A DNA stretch of 61,100 nucleotides, the filler included, from Diploschistes diacapsis (taxonomy: Eukaryota): NCBI GenBank assembly GCA_023645945.1. It is 5 parts of 5 records of this genome, joined end to end, with 100 filler letters (N's around TTAATTAATTAA, not from the genome) between each part and the next. Parts side by side here need not be neighbours in the genome. Positions count along the whole stretch, not along the records: positions 30,794 to 61,100 come from JALAIB010000127.1; 4 more parts are not named here. The stretch is one strand, 5' to 3'. Position numbers and translations under genes: made by a program. The notes under the pieces are model-generated. The model was given only the letters and a program-made list of their open reading frames with translations, ran no database searches and had not been told where the DNA came from. This document shows positions 50,401-61,100 of the stretch, piece by piece; the first letter of the stretch is position 1, and the number at the start of each line of letters is the position of its first letter.

Positions 50401-50882
50401 GCTGCGATTGCCACAACTGTCCATAAGAAGGCGGGAGAATTGCAGAACGCTCTCGGCAAGTTCCCTGTCTCCCTCAGGGCCAAACCCGAGATTGTCCAGT
50501 TCATCGTCACGTGAAGCCGATGCAGCAGCCTCAGCACCCCCATCAGATCTGCCAAGAAGCAACTTTCGGCCAAACGGAAGTGTTTGAGGGCCGTCATGCA
50601 ATTTGTATTCCTTGACAAGTCCTTCTAAGATTTCGTCGAACCGATCAAGAACAGGTATCCAATGGTAGAGATCTCCACGAGGGAAAGGCCAATGTTGAGG
50701 AAACGATCGAAGGCGTGATGGGATTTCATGAAGAGGCAGGCTTGAAACAGTCGTCACAAACTCCGATAAAATCGGAGGCTATTAGAGAAAGTATCAGCTC
50801 GGTCTCACAGCTTTTCGTGACTCCCATTACTTACCAAAGTAGCTTCATGCCTATTTCCGGCTGCCTTCTTAATACGCCCCAT
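38492..50882 (-). CDS. TOM1: HECT E3 ubiquitin ligase Tom1/HUWE1 orthologue (about 4000 aa; one ~11.7-kb exon plus short terminal exons)
   Basis: MGRIKK start exon; [19 protein letters not shown]; acidic tract; [13 protein letters not shown] repeats; [24 protein letters not shown] catalytic Cys; ends EYFGFA*. Confidence 0.97.
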
Positions 50883-52164
50883 ACTGTCGACTCTCCAAAC
50901 TATCCCCGACTCATGTGTTTAGGGCGAGCATGGAAGGCTCTAGGGTAAGCCTGTAATAGCAGTATGTGAAATCGGAGGTTCTTATATCTTCAAAGATGAT
51001 CCTCTAGCTCAAATACAAATCTACTTGCAAGTGAGCTTCTGGAAGACTCAAGTGGTTTGCAAGAGGACTGTGAACGTGAGTGTGAGATGATATCGGAGGC
51101 GTGAATCCACAAGGCGTGAACCAGAAGCAACAGCACGTGCAGGTCGCTGTACCTTGGTCACAACTTTGAAATAAGAAGTATAAGGGACGGGTATAAGTGA
51201 GGGCTCTCAGATTTTCGAATGGGGGTGAAATTTTCGAAGTGTTAGTGGAGGAGAGAAGAGCCGTGTTAATGAGCAGAGTTGAATCTGATTTCTTTAGAGC
51301 TCAGAAAATGACGATGTTTGACAGACAGCTAATACCCGACAAACTCCGTCCAGTTGAAGTCTTGGCATCCCTACGAACCTCAACCGCTACCTATCAAGTC
51401 CCATCCTGAATCGTTCGGAGAAGCCACCCAGATAGGAGGGAACTCATGCACATCAAAAACTTCTGTCTACACTCCTACAGTTCGACAGACCTACACTTCC
51501 AATCCCGATGATCAATTGAGCAGGGGCCTTTTCCGAAGCACTGGGCCTAAAGATATCAATGTACTACACTACAGAGACACTACAGAGACAGGCCTTACAG
51601 GCAGACCACGGTAACCGGAGATTTCCATTACCCAGAGTAACAAATCCATATCTATATCCCTTGAGGCTCCTGCCTTCATGTGTAGTTACAGCATGCGACA
51701 TGGCACTACGTGTTTACTGCGAATCATCATCATATTACTCCGACTCGGTGCTGGTGGATAGACGTCCACTGCTTGGAAGCTAGCTAGTAACACATAGTAC
51801 AATAAATACAGTATAGTAGTACAGTCAGATACTCTTGAGATCTATCCCAGCTGAATGCCGCTCGGGTAGAAACGAGAAAGAAAGGAGGTTCTGTGTCCAA
51901 TTGCAAAATAGACCATACCTCTGCGTGCCCGATCGGACATATCGTTGGAATTCCTCACAACCCAATCACATTCGAAATTTCGTTGAGGATGGTTACTATC
52001 GGACTCGCTCAAGAGGATACACAGGGGTAGTAGACCTGAGAGTATCATACGAACATCATGGGAGCACTTCAGATTGGGATAAGTATATGAATCTTCCTTG
52101 TATGTCTTCTTCCTCCACAACTTTTCTTTCGCTCTATATTCCCCACTAAAAGAGCCTCCCTACT

Positions 52165-53562
52165 TCATTGCAAAGAAGATACCCCTTTGGTCCTACCGCT
52201 CGCAGGACCAGCCACACACTTGAGCCCCTTTTCCCGGCACTGCTCACACGCCCCCATATGGTCCTCACTGGTCCGGAACGAGCACATAATGCGTCGCTTC
52301 CTGCAGCGCTCACAGGTCCGCTTCTGCGACGGCTCCAGTAGCAGCTCGCACTCTTCGTTTTCCTCGCGACAGTGCGCGCAGGGCCATCTCTCGTTCTCGT
52401 CCTCTATCAGGTTGCAGGGCAGCCGTATCTCGAAGCAGGCCTTGCAACCTCTTGCAGCTGGGTGGCCCAGGGCTATCTCCTCGGGCGGCAGGACCTCTCC
52501 CTGGGAGGACGCATGCGGCGCCAATCCTGCTCGGTCGCGGAGCTTGCTTGGCTGGATGGCGGAGAGACTTAGCTCGGTGAAGTTCTCCTCCGGCGCGATC
52601 AGCTCGTTGACATGGGCTGGCCAGTTCTCGGGCGACGTGCTAAGAGCAGCAAGGATGCTTTGTCCCTTTAGTGAGTATAGGGTGTCTTTACTAAGATGCA
52701 AGGTCACAGGAGCACTTTCATCTGTCCAACGACCATATGAAAGGTTAAGTACCCTTCGCTTCTTGCGAGATCGCTCCTTGGGATCGAAGATAGTGTCACA
52801 ATCTGTCTTGGGGCGTTTTCTCGTACCAGTTAAAAGGCTTGATATCGGACGACATGGATCAAAGCTGCCACTGTCATCCATATCGTACCATGCTTCGAAC
52901 GAACCAGGATGGTGCTCTACAAGTGGACGCAAGGAGTACTTCGACACTCCGCCGTTCTTGCCCTCGAAATTACGACGGTATTGCTGAGAAACACGAAGTG
53001 AAGAAAAGGAAGAATACCGAAAAGCGTTAAGCCTCTGCTGCTGGAACAATTGCTCTGGCCTGGAAGACCTTCGATCAAAACTTTCAGTATCGGATAAAGT
53101 ACTTGAAGCGCTCAAAGCATCATCGACCGTTGGCGGGATCTGCGTTGGGTTGATATGAACAGTTGGTGAGAAACTCTGCGCGACGTTCGCTTCATACGAG
53201 GTGTTTCTCAATTGGGTTGCGCCAAGTGGGGAGGTTTCCACGGTGTTGGGCTCATGATTGTCGTGGATCTCTCGAAGTTCGGAGGTACTATGCCCGTCTT
53301 GTGAGGCCGTTTCCACGTTCCCACTACATGCAGGGCTTGGTTCAACTTGCTGTTCTTCATCACCGAAATTGACCCCAGAAGCGAAGGGAGTCGTAGGGGG
53401 AGGGGATGAATAACCAGATGAAGACAATTCTGGCGGGTCAGTCGCCGCTATAAGTTTAGATGCGTTGATCATCTTGTGCCAACCGTTGGAGCGCATCAAG
53501 GGGTTAATAGCTTTCAACGTGAGGAGAGCAAGGGATAACGAGGAGCAAGCTGAGTGACGCAA
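52165..53562 (-). CDS. Protein with two tandem Zn(II)2Cys6-type clusters near the C-terminus; true 5' exons probably further upstream
   Basis: CKAC-x6-C-x11-CAHC-x6-C and CERC-x6-C-x11-CEQC-x6-C. Confidence 0.7.
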   Translation of the reverse strand: MRHSACSSLSLALLTLKAINPLMRSNGWHKMINASKLIAATDPPELSSSGYSSPPPTTPFASGVNFGDEEQQVEPSPACSGNVETASQDGHSTSELREIHDNHEPNTVETSPLGATQLRNTSYEANVAQSFSPTVHINPTQIPPTVDDALSASSTLSDTESFDRRSSRPEQLFQQQRLNAFRYSSFSSLRVSQQYRRNFEGKNGGVSKYSLRPLVEHHPGSFEAWYDMDDSGSFDPCRPISSLLTGTRKRPKTDCDTIFDPKERSRKKRRVLNLSYGRWTDESAPVTLHLSKDTLYSLKGQSILAALSTSPENWPAHVNELIAPEENFTELSLSAIQPSKLRDRAGLAPHASSQGEVLPPEEIALGHPAARGCKACFEIRLPCNLIEDENERWPCAHCREENEECELLLEPSQKRTCERCRKRRIMCSFRTSEDHMGACEQCREKGLKCVAGPASGRTKGVSSLQ

Positions 53563-55042
53563 GACAGAAGCCGAATATGCTCCGTAAGCGTATTGTACTC
53601 ACGTGTAAAAGTGAGGATTTTGGCCATGAAAACCCAAGCTTCTACTCTAATGAGAGTCAGTGAATTCGTAGCAGAAAAGGAAGACATCTGCTCATACCCG
53701 TATAAGCCGTCCACGAAGAGCCGTGGAGAAGGAGGCTTCAAATTATTGGGTGAGTTTTATGATTATTTGCAGGTCCGCACCGTGTCGAGCGGATAGGATA
53801 GAGAAACTTCAGAGGGACTGCAACGTGATGAGTTTCAACTGTAACGGCGACAACGGCAAGAAAACTGGCCAAACGGTAATGGAGCACTGTCACGTAGAGT
53901 CCGGAGAGAAAGCGTATCGAAAAAGAACAAGCGTAACCAGGAAGGTAATGTAAGGGGACAGACTAAGTGAGGGTGCTTCCAGAAGCTGAAGAACGACTTC
54001 TGATTTGCCGAGTCAGAGCTTCGGCGATGAGCTGCTGGGAAGTAGATGCACGATCTGCCGTACTGGCACAGATCACAGCACCATAAATGAGCACGGTCAT
54101 TGAAAGGTAGTTGGCTGAAGCAACAGAAGTTGGCGAAGAGGCGGGATCATGAGGGCGGAACGAGCCTCTAGCCCTCTGTTTCTTGCAAAGCTGGAAAATT
54201 GGATAACTTGAGAGTGGGTGAACACAGGTGAAAAATCCCACCCGCACTCTAATTCATGAAATGATAGTAAACGAACAATGACAAGAGAAGCAATGCACGT
54301 GGCATCTTGTCAGCTCAGGTATTAGCTTCAAAAACTTATGTACCTAGTTCAGAAAACCTTGACATATCTCTTGACGCTATTCTGAAAAGGTTTGCTGTCT
54401 TCGAGCTATCTGTTCGACATGGGACATAGTTTCATGGACCTCCTAATTCTTGAGATTATAAACATATACAATGACTATATTTCTGAAAAGTGATTGAGCA
54501 TACAGTTGTTGTGACGATAAGAGAGTTGGTGATCTCATTACTATTCTGTCTTCCAAGTCAGCGTCTATGACAGCATCCATTCTTAAATAATGATAAAAGA
54601 GATTGGCCGGTATCAGACAGCAGTTGGTAAATTCACGATCTACAAAATTATTCGGAACAGGTCTGTGTTGTAAATTTTGCTTCATCACAGTTGCCAGAGG
54701 AAGATGTAATTCAATGCAGACTCACATGCTACAGGGCCATTCACAACACGCAGCCTTGTCTCCTCGTCGCAGTAGCCTGAACCGGATCAAGCTTTGAGCT
54801 TCCACAGCACTGAAGGTATCCCAAAGATGCAGGTGCTGTCGGAATGGTGTACCTGAGCATTTTCGTCGCGTCACAGGCGATGAGCTCATATTCATGGTAG
54901 GTTTTTTCGCTTCTCCCTTAGAAAGATCGAAGAACATACGAACTCTTGTCCAAGTTAGGAAGCTAGGAGACTCAGACCCGAAGTGCTACGGCAAACAAAC
55001 GCTAGCTCTGGCAGGTAGTCCGGCAGGGAGCACGGCCCCATA

Positions 55043-56045
55043 TCAATTGATCCTCCGTTTCTTGAAGAATGTATCAATGTTCTTCTGGGTCTCGTCGTGC
55101 TTTGAGCTTCCAACCCCTCCGCCGGTCCTCTTTAATGCTTGCAAGTGATCCCGGCAGTTCACAGCTCGTATGCTCATCCTCCAATCGTATAGGACGGTAA
55201 CTGGTCTAACAACGGTGTTTTGTGAATCTTTAGCAACACTCGATTCAGCAGCGAGGATCTCTGTGATGACAGTTGCTTTCCCATATGACAGTTGCGATTG
55301 GATGTTGAGCTCCAAGTATCCAGTGTTCGACCAGGCACCGAGATGCTCGAGATTTGTAACATCGTCAGTTCGTAAATCTACTCCTGGTCTTACGCTGACG
55401 CTGTGAAGCGCAAAGCGCTTTAAAAGACATTTCCAAAGAGTAGACAGGATCATTCCGTGAGAGACGATAGCGACCTCTTGCTCTCTATCCATCATGGTTT
55501 CTCTAACAACAGGGAGTACATAATCATCCAAGAAGCGGTCCGCTCTGGCAGCCATAGAAGCCTTGGTTTCGGCATCTTTGAGGTCTCCGGGTTTCTTGTC
55601 ACCATGCCCACTAACCGCGGCTTTTGCATTACTCTTGCCTCTTGCGCCAAAAGCTTTTCGTTCATAAGATCCAAAATCTTGCTCTTGTAAGATCTTCAAC
55701 TGCTGTATCCCTGCCGACTTTCCATATTGCTCTTTCTGTCCACTCTGTACAGCAAAGGCCGTTTTGTAAGCACGTTTGAGGTCTGAAGAAAAGATATGGG
55801 TAAAGTGAAAGCGAGGAGCAAGATGCACTCCTAAGCGGCGAGCTTGTAATATGCCATGGTTCGTAAGTGCAGAGTCGGTCACGCCGGCGCTGATGGGGAC
55901 AGTTAGCGAGGAGCGAAGTGGTCAAGAAGACAAATGCATACTATAGACCTGTCGCTTGTTAAAGTGACACAGTGAGGAGTGGATTTGGTTTCTTACCAGC
56001 TACATTATCAACTGTTTCCCCATGACGGATGAGCACCAGTTTCAT
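55043..56045 (-). CDS. Histidine phosphatase / phosphoglycerate mutase family (TIGAR-like), 3 exons including a 7-nt microexon at 55942-55948
   Basis: MKLVLIRHGETVDNVAGLYAGVTDSALTNHG, FSSDLKRA, EQDFGSYE, IVSHG, WSNTG. Confidence 0.92.
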
Positions 56046-56685
56046 CTTGCAATTCGCTGGTTGATCGCGACGTTGAGTTGGTCTGTGGCGTAGAGAAATC
56101 CTGCGGTGTTCCTTGTTCTTGTGATGGTGAACGCTCTTGCAATGTTGGTTGTCCTTGCAGTGGTATTGGCTGTCCTTGTGGTGCCGATTGTTCCTGTGGC
56201 GCCGGTTGTCCTTGTGGCACAAGCTGTCCTTCCGATAACGGTTGGCCTTGACCAGCCAGGAATAGGTCTCCTCCCTGGTTGAAGGTTGGAATAGCGACAG
56301 GATAGCCCGACTGAGCAATGTTACGAGCGATGTTTGAGGGAAGTCGAGGAATTGGAACGCGAGGAATTGGAACACGACCGCTGGGACCGGAAGGGACGTT
56401 CACTGTGGGGCGGGGGCTAGCGGCCTCACTTGAGGAAGAGTCTCCTTCGTTGCCCGCCCTGGGCCGTCCGCTCCGCGGCGCGTCTTTGAAGAATCTGTCT
56501 TCGAAAGCCGTGCTGACTTGAGGATTGTATCCGCGGTCTCGTAAGCGTCTTCGAATGGCATAAAGCGAGGTTTTGGAGAGGCCAGAGATCCGAACAACGG
56601 TGGCCGGTGGGACTCCATACTCCATAAGAGCCATTGCTTGTGCCCTCTGGGTGATGGAAACTTTGCGGTCTTTGACACCAGGCAT
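56008..56685 (-). CDS. Tc1/mariner-transposase-like HTH protein with Gln/Pro hexapeptide repeats and no DDE domain
   Basis: QRAQAMALMEYG...VVRISGLSKTSLYAIRRRLRDRGYNP...DAPRSGRPR, followed by PQGQPA-like repeats. Confidence 0.7.
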   Translation of the reverse strand: MPGVKDRKVSITQRAQAMALMEYGVPPATVVRISGLSKTSLYAIRRRLRDRGYNPQVSTAFEDRFFKDAPRSGRPRAGNEGDSSSSEAASPRPTVNVPSGPSGRVPIPRVPIPRLPSNIARNIAQSGYPVAIPTFNQGGDLFLAGQGQPLSEGQLVPQGQPAPQEQSAPQGQPIPLQGQPTLQERSPSQEQGTPQDFSTPQTNSTSRSTSELQDETGAHPSWGNS

Positions 56686-57377
56686 CTTTTGTCTGCTATA
56701 GGTAGAAAGTAACTGTGAATTGAGACTCGTGATTTTGTATTCCCCGTGGCAGTGCTTCACAGAGTACAAGGCAGACCAGGGATTTTTCCCATTCACCCCC
56801 AGCCACGCACCAACCACCTGGGGCAAGTAAACATTACCGTGCAAACCCTCTTCGTATCACGTGCTCAGAGGCTCTATGTCATAATGTACATGTATTTAGG
56901 TTGCAGATAGCTTCCTACTAGAGAATATCATTACTAGACCGCTTGCGCTGGAGCAGTACTTGTATTCTCAATTTCTCTAAGTAATTTAATCTTTAAAGCG
57001 ACCCATTACTTAGTGATGTCAACCAAAGCGTGGCTTATCAAGCTATATTGCACACCGCTACAGGATACTAGATTGAGAAAGATCAAGTCAACCGTCCGAA
57101 AATGATCAAGGTGAAGCATGAGCTGAGCCTGCTTGATTTATATGTCTTGAATTAACTGCTATGTGCTATGTCCCTCACGCAATCATTCCTCATCTGCACA
57201 TTAATGCCTAACAATCCACGACCGGTGGAAGCAGAAATCCATCCTGAACGCATCAAAAAAGCCTTGAAACTCCACCGAACCGATAACTTCCAGGGGTATA
57301 AGCTCATGCCGAACGCCAATGCTATCACATTGAAATTTCAGTAATGACAAACGAGAACTCATATGCTTTAAAGGCGA

Positions 57378-58361
57378 TCAAATCGCAAGCAGTCCGGCAA
57401 TGGCCACAACGAAGCCCATAGTCATACCTGCACAAGCCACGCGTCCAGCCGAGTTGGGAGCCGAAGTGCTGCTTGGGTTGCTGTTGCTTCCAGTAGAGCT
57501 GCTGACCTGAATTGTTGCTGTGGTGAAAGTCGGCGTAGCGGTTGCCCCGGCAGTAACTCCAGTAGCACCAGATTGGCCTGACAAAACCGACTCGGCTGAG
57601 GAGAGTGCCGAGGAGGCAGAAGCAAGGGCTGAAGAGGCACTGGCTGATTCGCTGACAAGGGCGGTAGAGGCTGACCCAGCTGCAGAAGACGCAGCACTCT
57701 GTGCGGACGAGACGGCACTTCCGGCGAGCGAAGATGCGGAGGCAATGATACTAGCTGCTGACGTGACGGCGCTACCTGCTGCAGAAGAAGCCGAAGCGAC
57801 GACGCTGCCGGCGGCAGAGGAGATACTCGCAACCACACTGGATGTTGGAATGATGATCCCAGTAGCAGTATCACTAGCTACACTGGACACTGAAACGAGC
57901 GCTGACGAGACAGTAGCCGATGCTGCGGAGACTGGGGCGGAGGTAACGCTTGCAGCATTGGATGATGCAGAGTTCGCAACGCCACTTGCAGATGACGCGA
58001 CAACGCTGCCGGGGACAGTGTAGGTGTTTGGGTAGATGACAGGAGTGATTGGGGAGAGTGTCAACGGTCCGGTGGGCTGAACAGAAAAAGCTGAATAAGG
58101 AATCACGATGGTGGTGGTAAAGCCATCGATGGTTATTGTGAGAACTTCGCCAGCAGGTGCGGAAGGAGCAGGGGACGTAGCGCCAATGGTAGTGTAGACG
58201 GTGGCGGTTGGTTGGTTGACAAAGACGGTGGATGAAGCCAGCGGAGGGATGGCAACAACGGTAGTGTGACCATTCTCGGTCAAGGTGTAGCTTCCGAACT
58301 GAGCTAGTGCCAAGACTGGAAGGGCTAGGCCCAGACCTAAGCGAGCAAGGCTGATAAACAT
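57378..58361 (-). CDS. Ser/Ala/Thr-rich GPI-anchored cell-wall protein
   Basis: N-terminal signal peptide, low-complexity S/A/T body, NSA omega-like site and hydrophobic C-terminus. Confidence 0.88.
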   Translation of the reverse strand: MFISLARLGLGLALPVLALAQFGSYTLTENGHTTVVAIPPLASSTVFVNQPTATVYTTIGATSPAPSAPAGEVLTITIDGFTTTIVIPYSAFSVQPTGPLTLSPITPVIYPNTYTVPGSVVASSASGVANSASSNAASVTSAPVSAASATVSSALVSVSSVASDTATGIIIPTSSVVASISSAAGSVVASASSAAGSAVTSAASIIASASSLAGSAVSSAQSAASSAAGSASTALVSESASASSALASASSALSSAESVLSGQSGATGVTAGATATPTFTTATIQVSSSTGSNSNPSSTSAPNSAGRVACAGMTMGFVVAIAGLLAI

Positions 58362-59377
58362 CGTGACTGAATGAGAGCTGTAGACTAATTGAAGAATAAT
58401 TGACGAGGCTATGGATGGAATGCGGTTTTGAGGTGGTGACCTGTGAAGAAGAGAGATGGAATGCAGAATAAGTGTAACATTGCAGACGCGTCTAAAATAT
58501 GAGATGTCAACGCAGTGTGGTAAATGTTGATGGCTGGTTCACTTCGGGATGTGGTTGGGAGCATCCCGGCCGCCATAACAGGCCCAGCTATGATCAAGGA
58601 ACAAACCTGGTATATCGGGAAGGCTTTGATTCACAGTCTGTTCATGATGAACTGTTGTCTGCGTTGTGCTAGTCCAACGTTGAAGTGTTGAACCTAAGGC
58701 TCATCCAGGTTTGAAGCTTGACAGACTAGCTGTAGTGATTTATCATCTTCATACCTGTCCGCTCTCCAAAGGCGGGGAGACATGTAAGTCATCTTAATAA
58801 TATCTAGGACATCTAGCACTCCCTTCAGCAACATTCAGATCTCAAATGTTGCTGTTTTGGCATCACCCATGTCTGCAAAGTTGCTCGAAGTTTGATGAGT
58901 TACCGCAAGGCCAGATTGTCAAAGAAGGCTTAGCGTGGCGCACAGACGGACTTGGTTTGGGTTTTGGATGGCTGGAGAATTTGTGGCTAGCGTGGCGTAA
59001 TGCGCCAGGTGTGGCTGGCAGGCTTGCCAGCTCTTATCCTTTTCTCCAGAACGTACAGCATAGTACGTGTACCTAGTTCAATTCATTACTTGGCGCTCAA
59101 CTATATTGTCTGCACTGCGCAGTCCCCCGGTTGCAAAAGCTGACCCAACCAGGGCTAGTTTTGTCGATATCTCATCCTCCCTCGCCCCCAACGGTGTCAA
59201 GTTTATCCGTACACATGCAGAAAGCTTCTGCCTCCGCATAACGAGCCGACATCTGCCCTTCAAGGGATACGCCAAAGCGGCATTCCACCATAAAAGGCTC
59301 GAGCATATCGGCACTGTCCTTTCTTCTTCAATGTCGTACAGCTCTGCTGCGATTCTACTCCACTATGTACAGTCTCT

Positions 59378-59958
59378 TCACTTGCTCCCCAAGCTTCCTG
59401 AGGATATGCGCCCTATATCTGGCTCCTTCGATCTACCACTGATAATGCCGACCGGAACCCCTTGATTCTTGAGCCATTCTCGCACCTGCATTGATACTTT
59501 AGCTGCATGAGTTGTGAAGATCAACGGCACCGGACGTACTCCGTCAAAAGGATTGCCCATAGTCCCCCAATCCATATATACAACACTGTAGCCTGCAACG
59601 ACTGTAGATTCTCGTTAGGGTCGTGCCATCTTGGTCGGCATTCTCTTTTTCTCACAGAGAATACTGCTATATTGTACAAGCTTTACCCCTCGGATCCATC
59701 CGGGGCGTGTGTAGGCCAATTTTGTCCTCCTTCGGTACCGGCGCTCCAATCTGAACTGATGCTTGGGATCCATCTTCGAGAAATCTGGCGGCCAGAGGCG
59801 CTTGGCTTTGTAGGGATTGCTAGGCGCATTGAGCGTTGGTTGCGGAGCTGGACCTTCGTTGGGTTCCATATGTGTAGAAGATTGCTAACCTACACCGTTG
59901 AAGAGCAGAGTCTTGGAAAATCCCGCCAGAACTCGCTTAAGCCTTCCCGCCGCAACAT
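59378..59958 (-). CDS. Small, probably mitochondrial, membrane protein of unknown function, 3 exons
   Basis: MLRR... presequence-like start; NPYKAKRLWPPDFSKMDPKHQFRLERRYRRR; TM segment then YMDW; clean introns. Confidence 0.75.
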
Positions 59959-60064
59959 TCAAGCTAAACTTTAACTTGCCAACTTCAATCTCAAGTGCCG
60001 GCCGCAATGATTCTGTGTCTGAAGGAGCTTTTGCCACGGTAGGATAGCCGAAAGGGCAATCACA

Positions 60065-60789
60065 ATGGAGAACCTATCTCTCCAAGAGCTACCGCCCAGT
60101 GGCGGGCCAAACCACATCCAGCCCCCGCCGCTACAGGCGGGAGCGCCTCCACTCCCTCCTCAGGTACGTTCCAGCTCCGGCATTGTTGTTGTTGTTGTCT
60201 AACATCTAATGCTCAATTAGATGTTCACAACTGCTGCACAGCTTCTAGATCTTACAGACAGTACGTTGGCCGGATCTTCCTACGCTGGCGTTCATCATGC
60301 GCCTCGTTCCTTCTACGATTGACCGCCCGCAACAGAGAAGCTGGTCCTCGTCTTGAGGGACGGCAAGAAGCTCATTGGGGTTCTTCGAAGCTGGGATCAA
60401 TTTGGTAGTGTCCTGGGCCTCCTCCACTTACCCGGCTAACGGTGCAGCGAACCTCGTCTTACAAGATACCATCGAAAGAATATTCGTGAACGACCTATAC
60501 GCAGACATACCGCGTGGTGTCTACCTAGTTCGAGGGGAAAACGTCTTACTGCTCGGTGAGATCGTGAGTGCAGGCCCTCCGTATTAGTATCATGCGTTAA
60601 GAACTCGGCTATCAGGACCTTGATAGAGACGATTACATTCCCCCTTCCTTTAAGCAAGCAGACCCTCAAGAGGTCCACCAATTGAACGTCAAGCAGGTAG
60701 CAGAGAGGAAGTCGAAAGAGATGATTAAAGGCAAGAAGCTTGGCGAGCATGGCTTCGAAATGGAGCATGGCGGCGAAGTGCTATTCTGA
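60065..60789 (+). CDS. LSM1: Sm-like protein Lsm1, multi-exon
   Basis: [47 protein letters not shown]...[14 protein letters not shown]. Confidence 0.95.
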
Positions 60790-61100
60790 TCCTATACCAT
60801 CACCACGATATTCTAAGGAGCCCAGCGCTTGGTCCTCCGACGGGATGCAGAAACGCTAGCCACAGCGGAATATTGTGAAACGCGTGCCTAGTGGCCGATA
60901 CTGAGCAATTCTGAAGCTCGACATCTCTTTGCCGTATCAGCATGAAGCTATTATATTGCACTTGCAAAGCACTTAAATGCAATTGCCTAGTGGTGATGCA
61001 ATATTCTTCTTACCATGACTGTTATTTCAATCGTCTGCTCCCTAACTTACCTCCTCCATCTCCGCATCCGATCCTCCTTCGCCCGTCCCGATCCCCATCC

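Overview
Eukaryotic DNA from a filamentous ascomycete (Pezizomycotina-type genes, short GT-AG introns with CTRAC branch sites, RIP-like AT-rich repeats). The window is not one locus. It is five contigs joined by identical artificial 100-nt linkers (N44-TTAATTAATTAA-N44): 1-7608, 7709-15315, 15416-23005, 23106-30693 and 30794-61100. Housekeeping genes include TBP/SPT15, an OMS1-like methyltransferase, the NHA1 antiporter, a class VII chitin synthase, OLE1, the TOM1 HECT ligase, a histidine phosphatase, a GPI cell-wall protein and LSM1. Three regions stand out. (i) Contig 2 looks like a decaying dikaritin/RiPP-like locus: a DUF3328/UstYa gene divergent from a tiny secreted-peptide gene, next to FMO-like and PTH11-like pseudogenes and a RIP-like repeat. 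(ii) The start of contig 3 has a modular fold-back repeat and a 106-bp Tc1/mariner-type MITE. (iii) An intact transposase-like HTH gene without a catalytic domain overlaps the start of the histidine-phosphatase gene on the same strand. All family calls come from motif recognition; no database searches were run.
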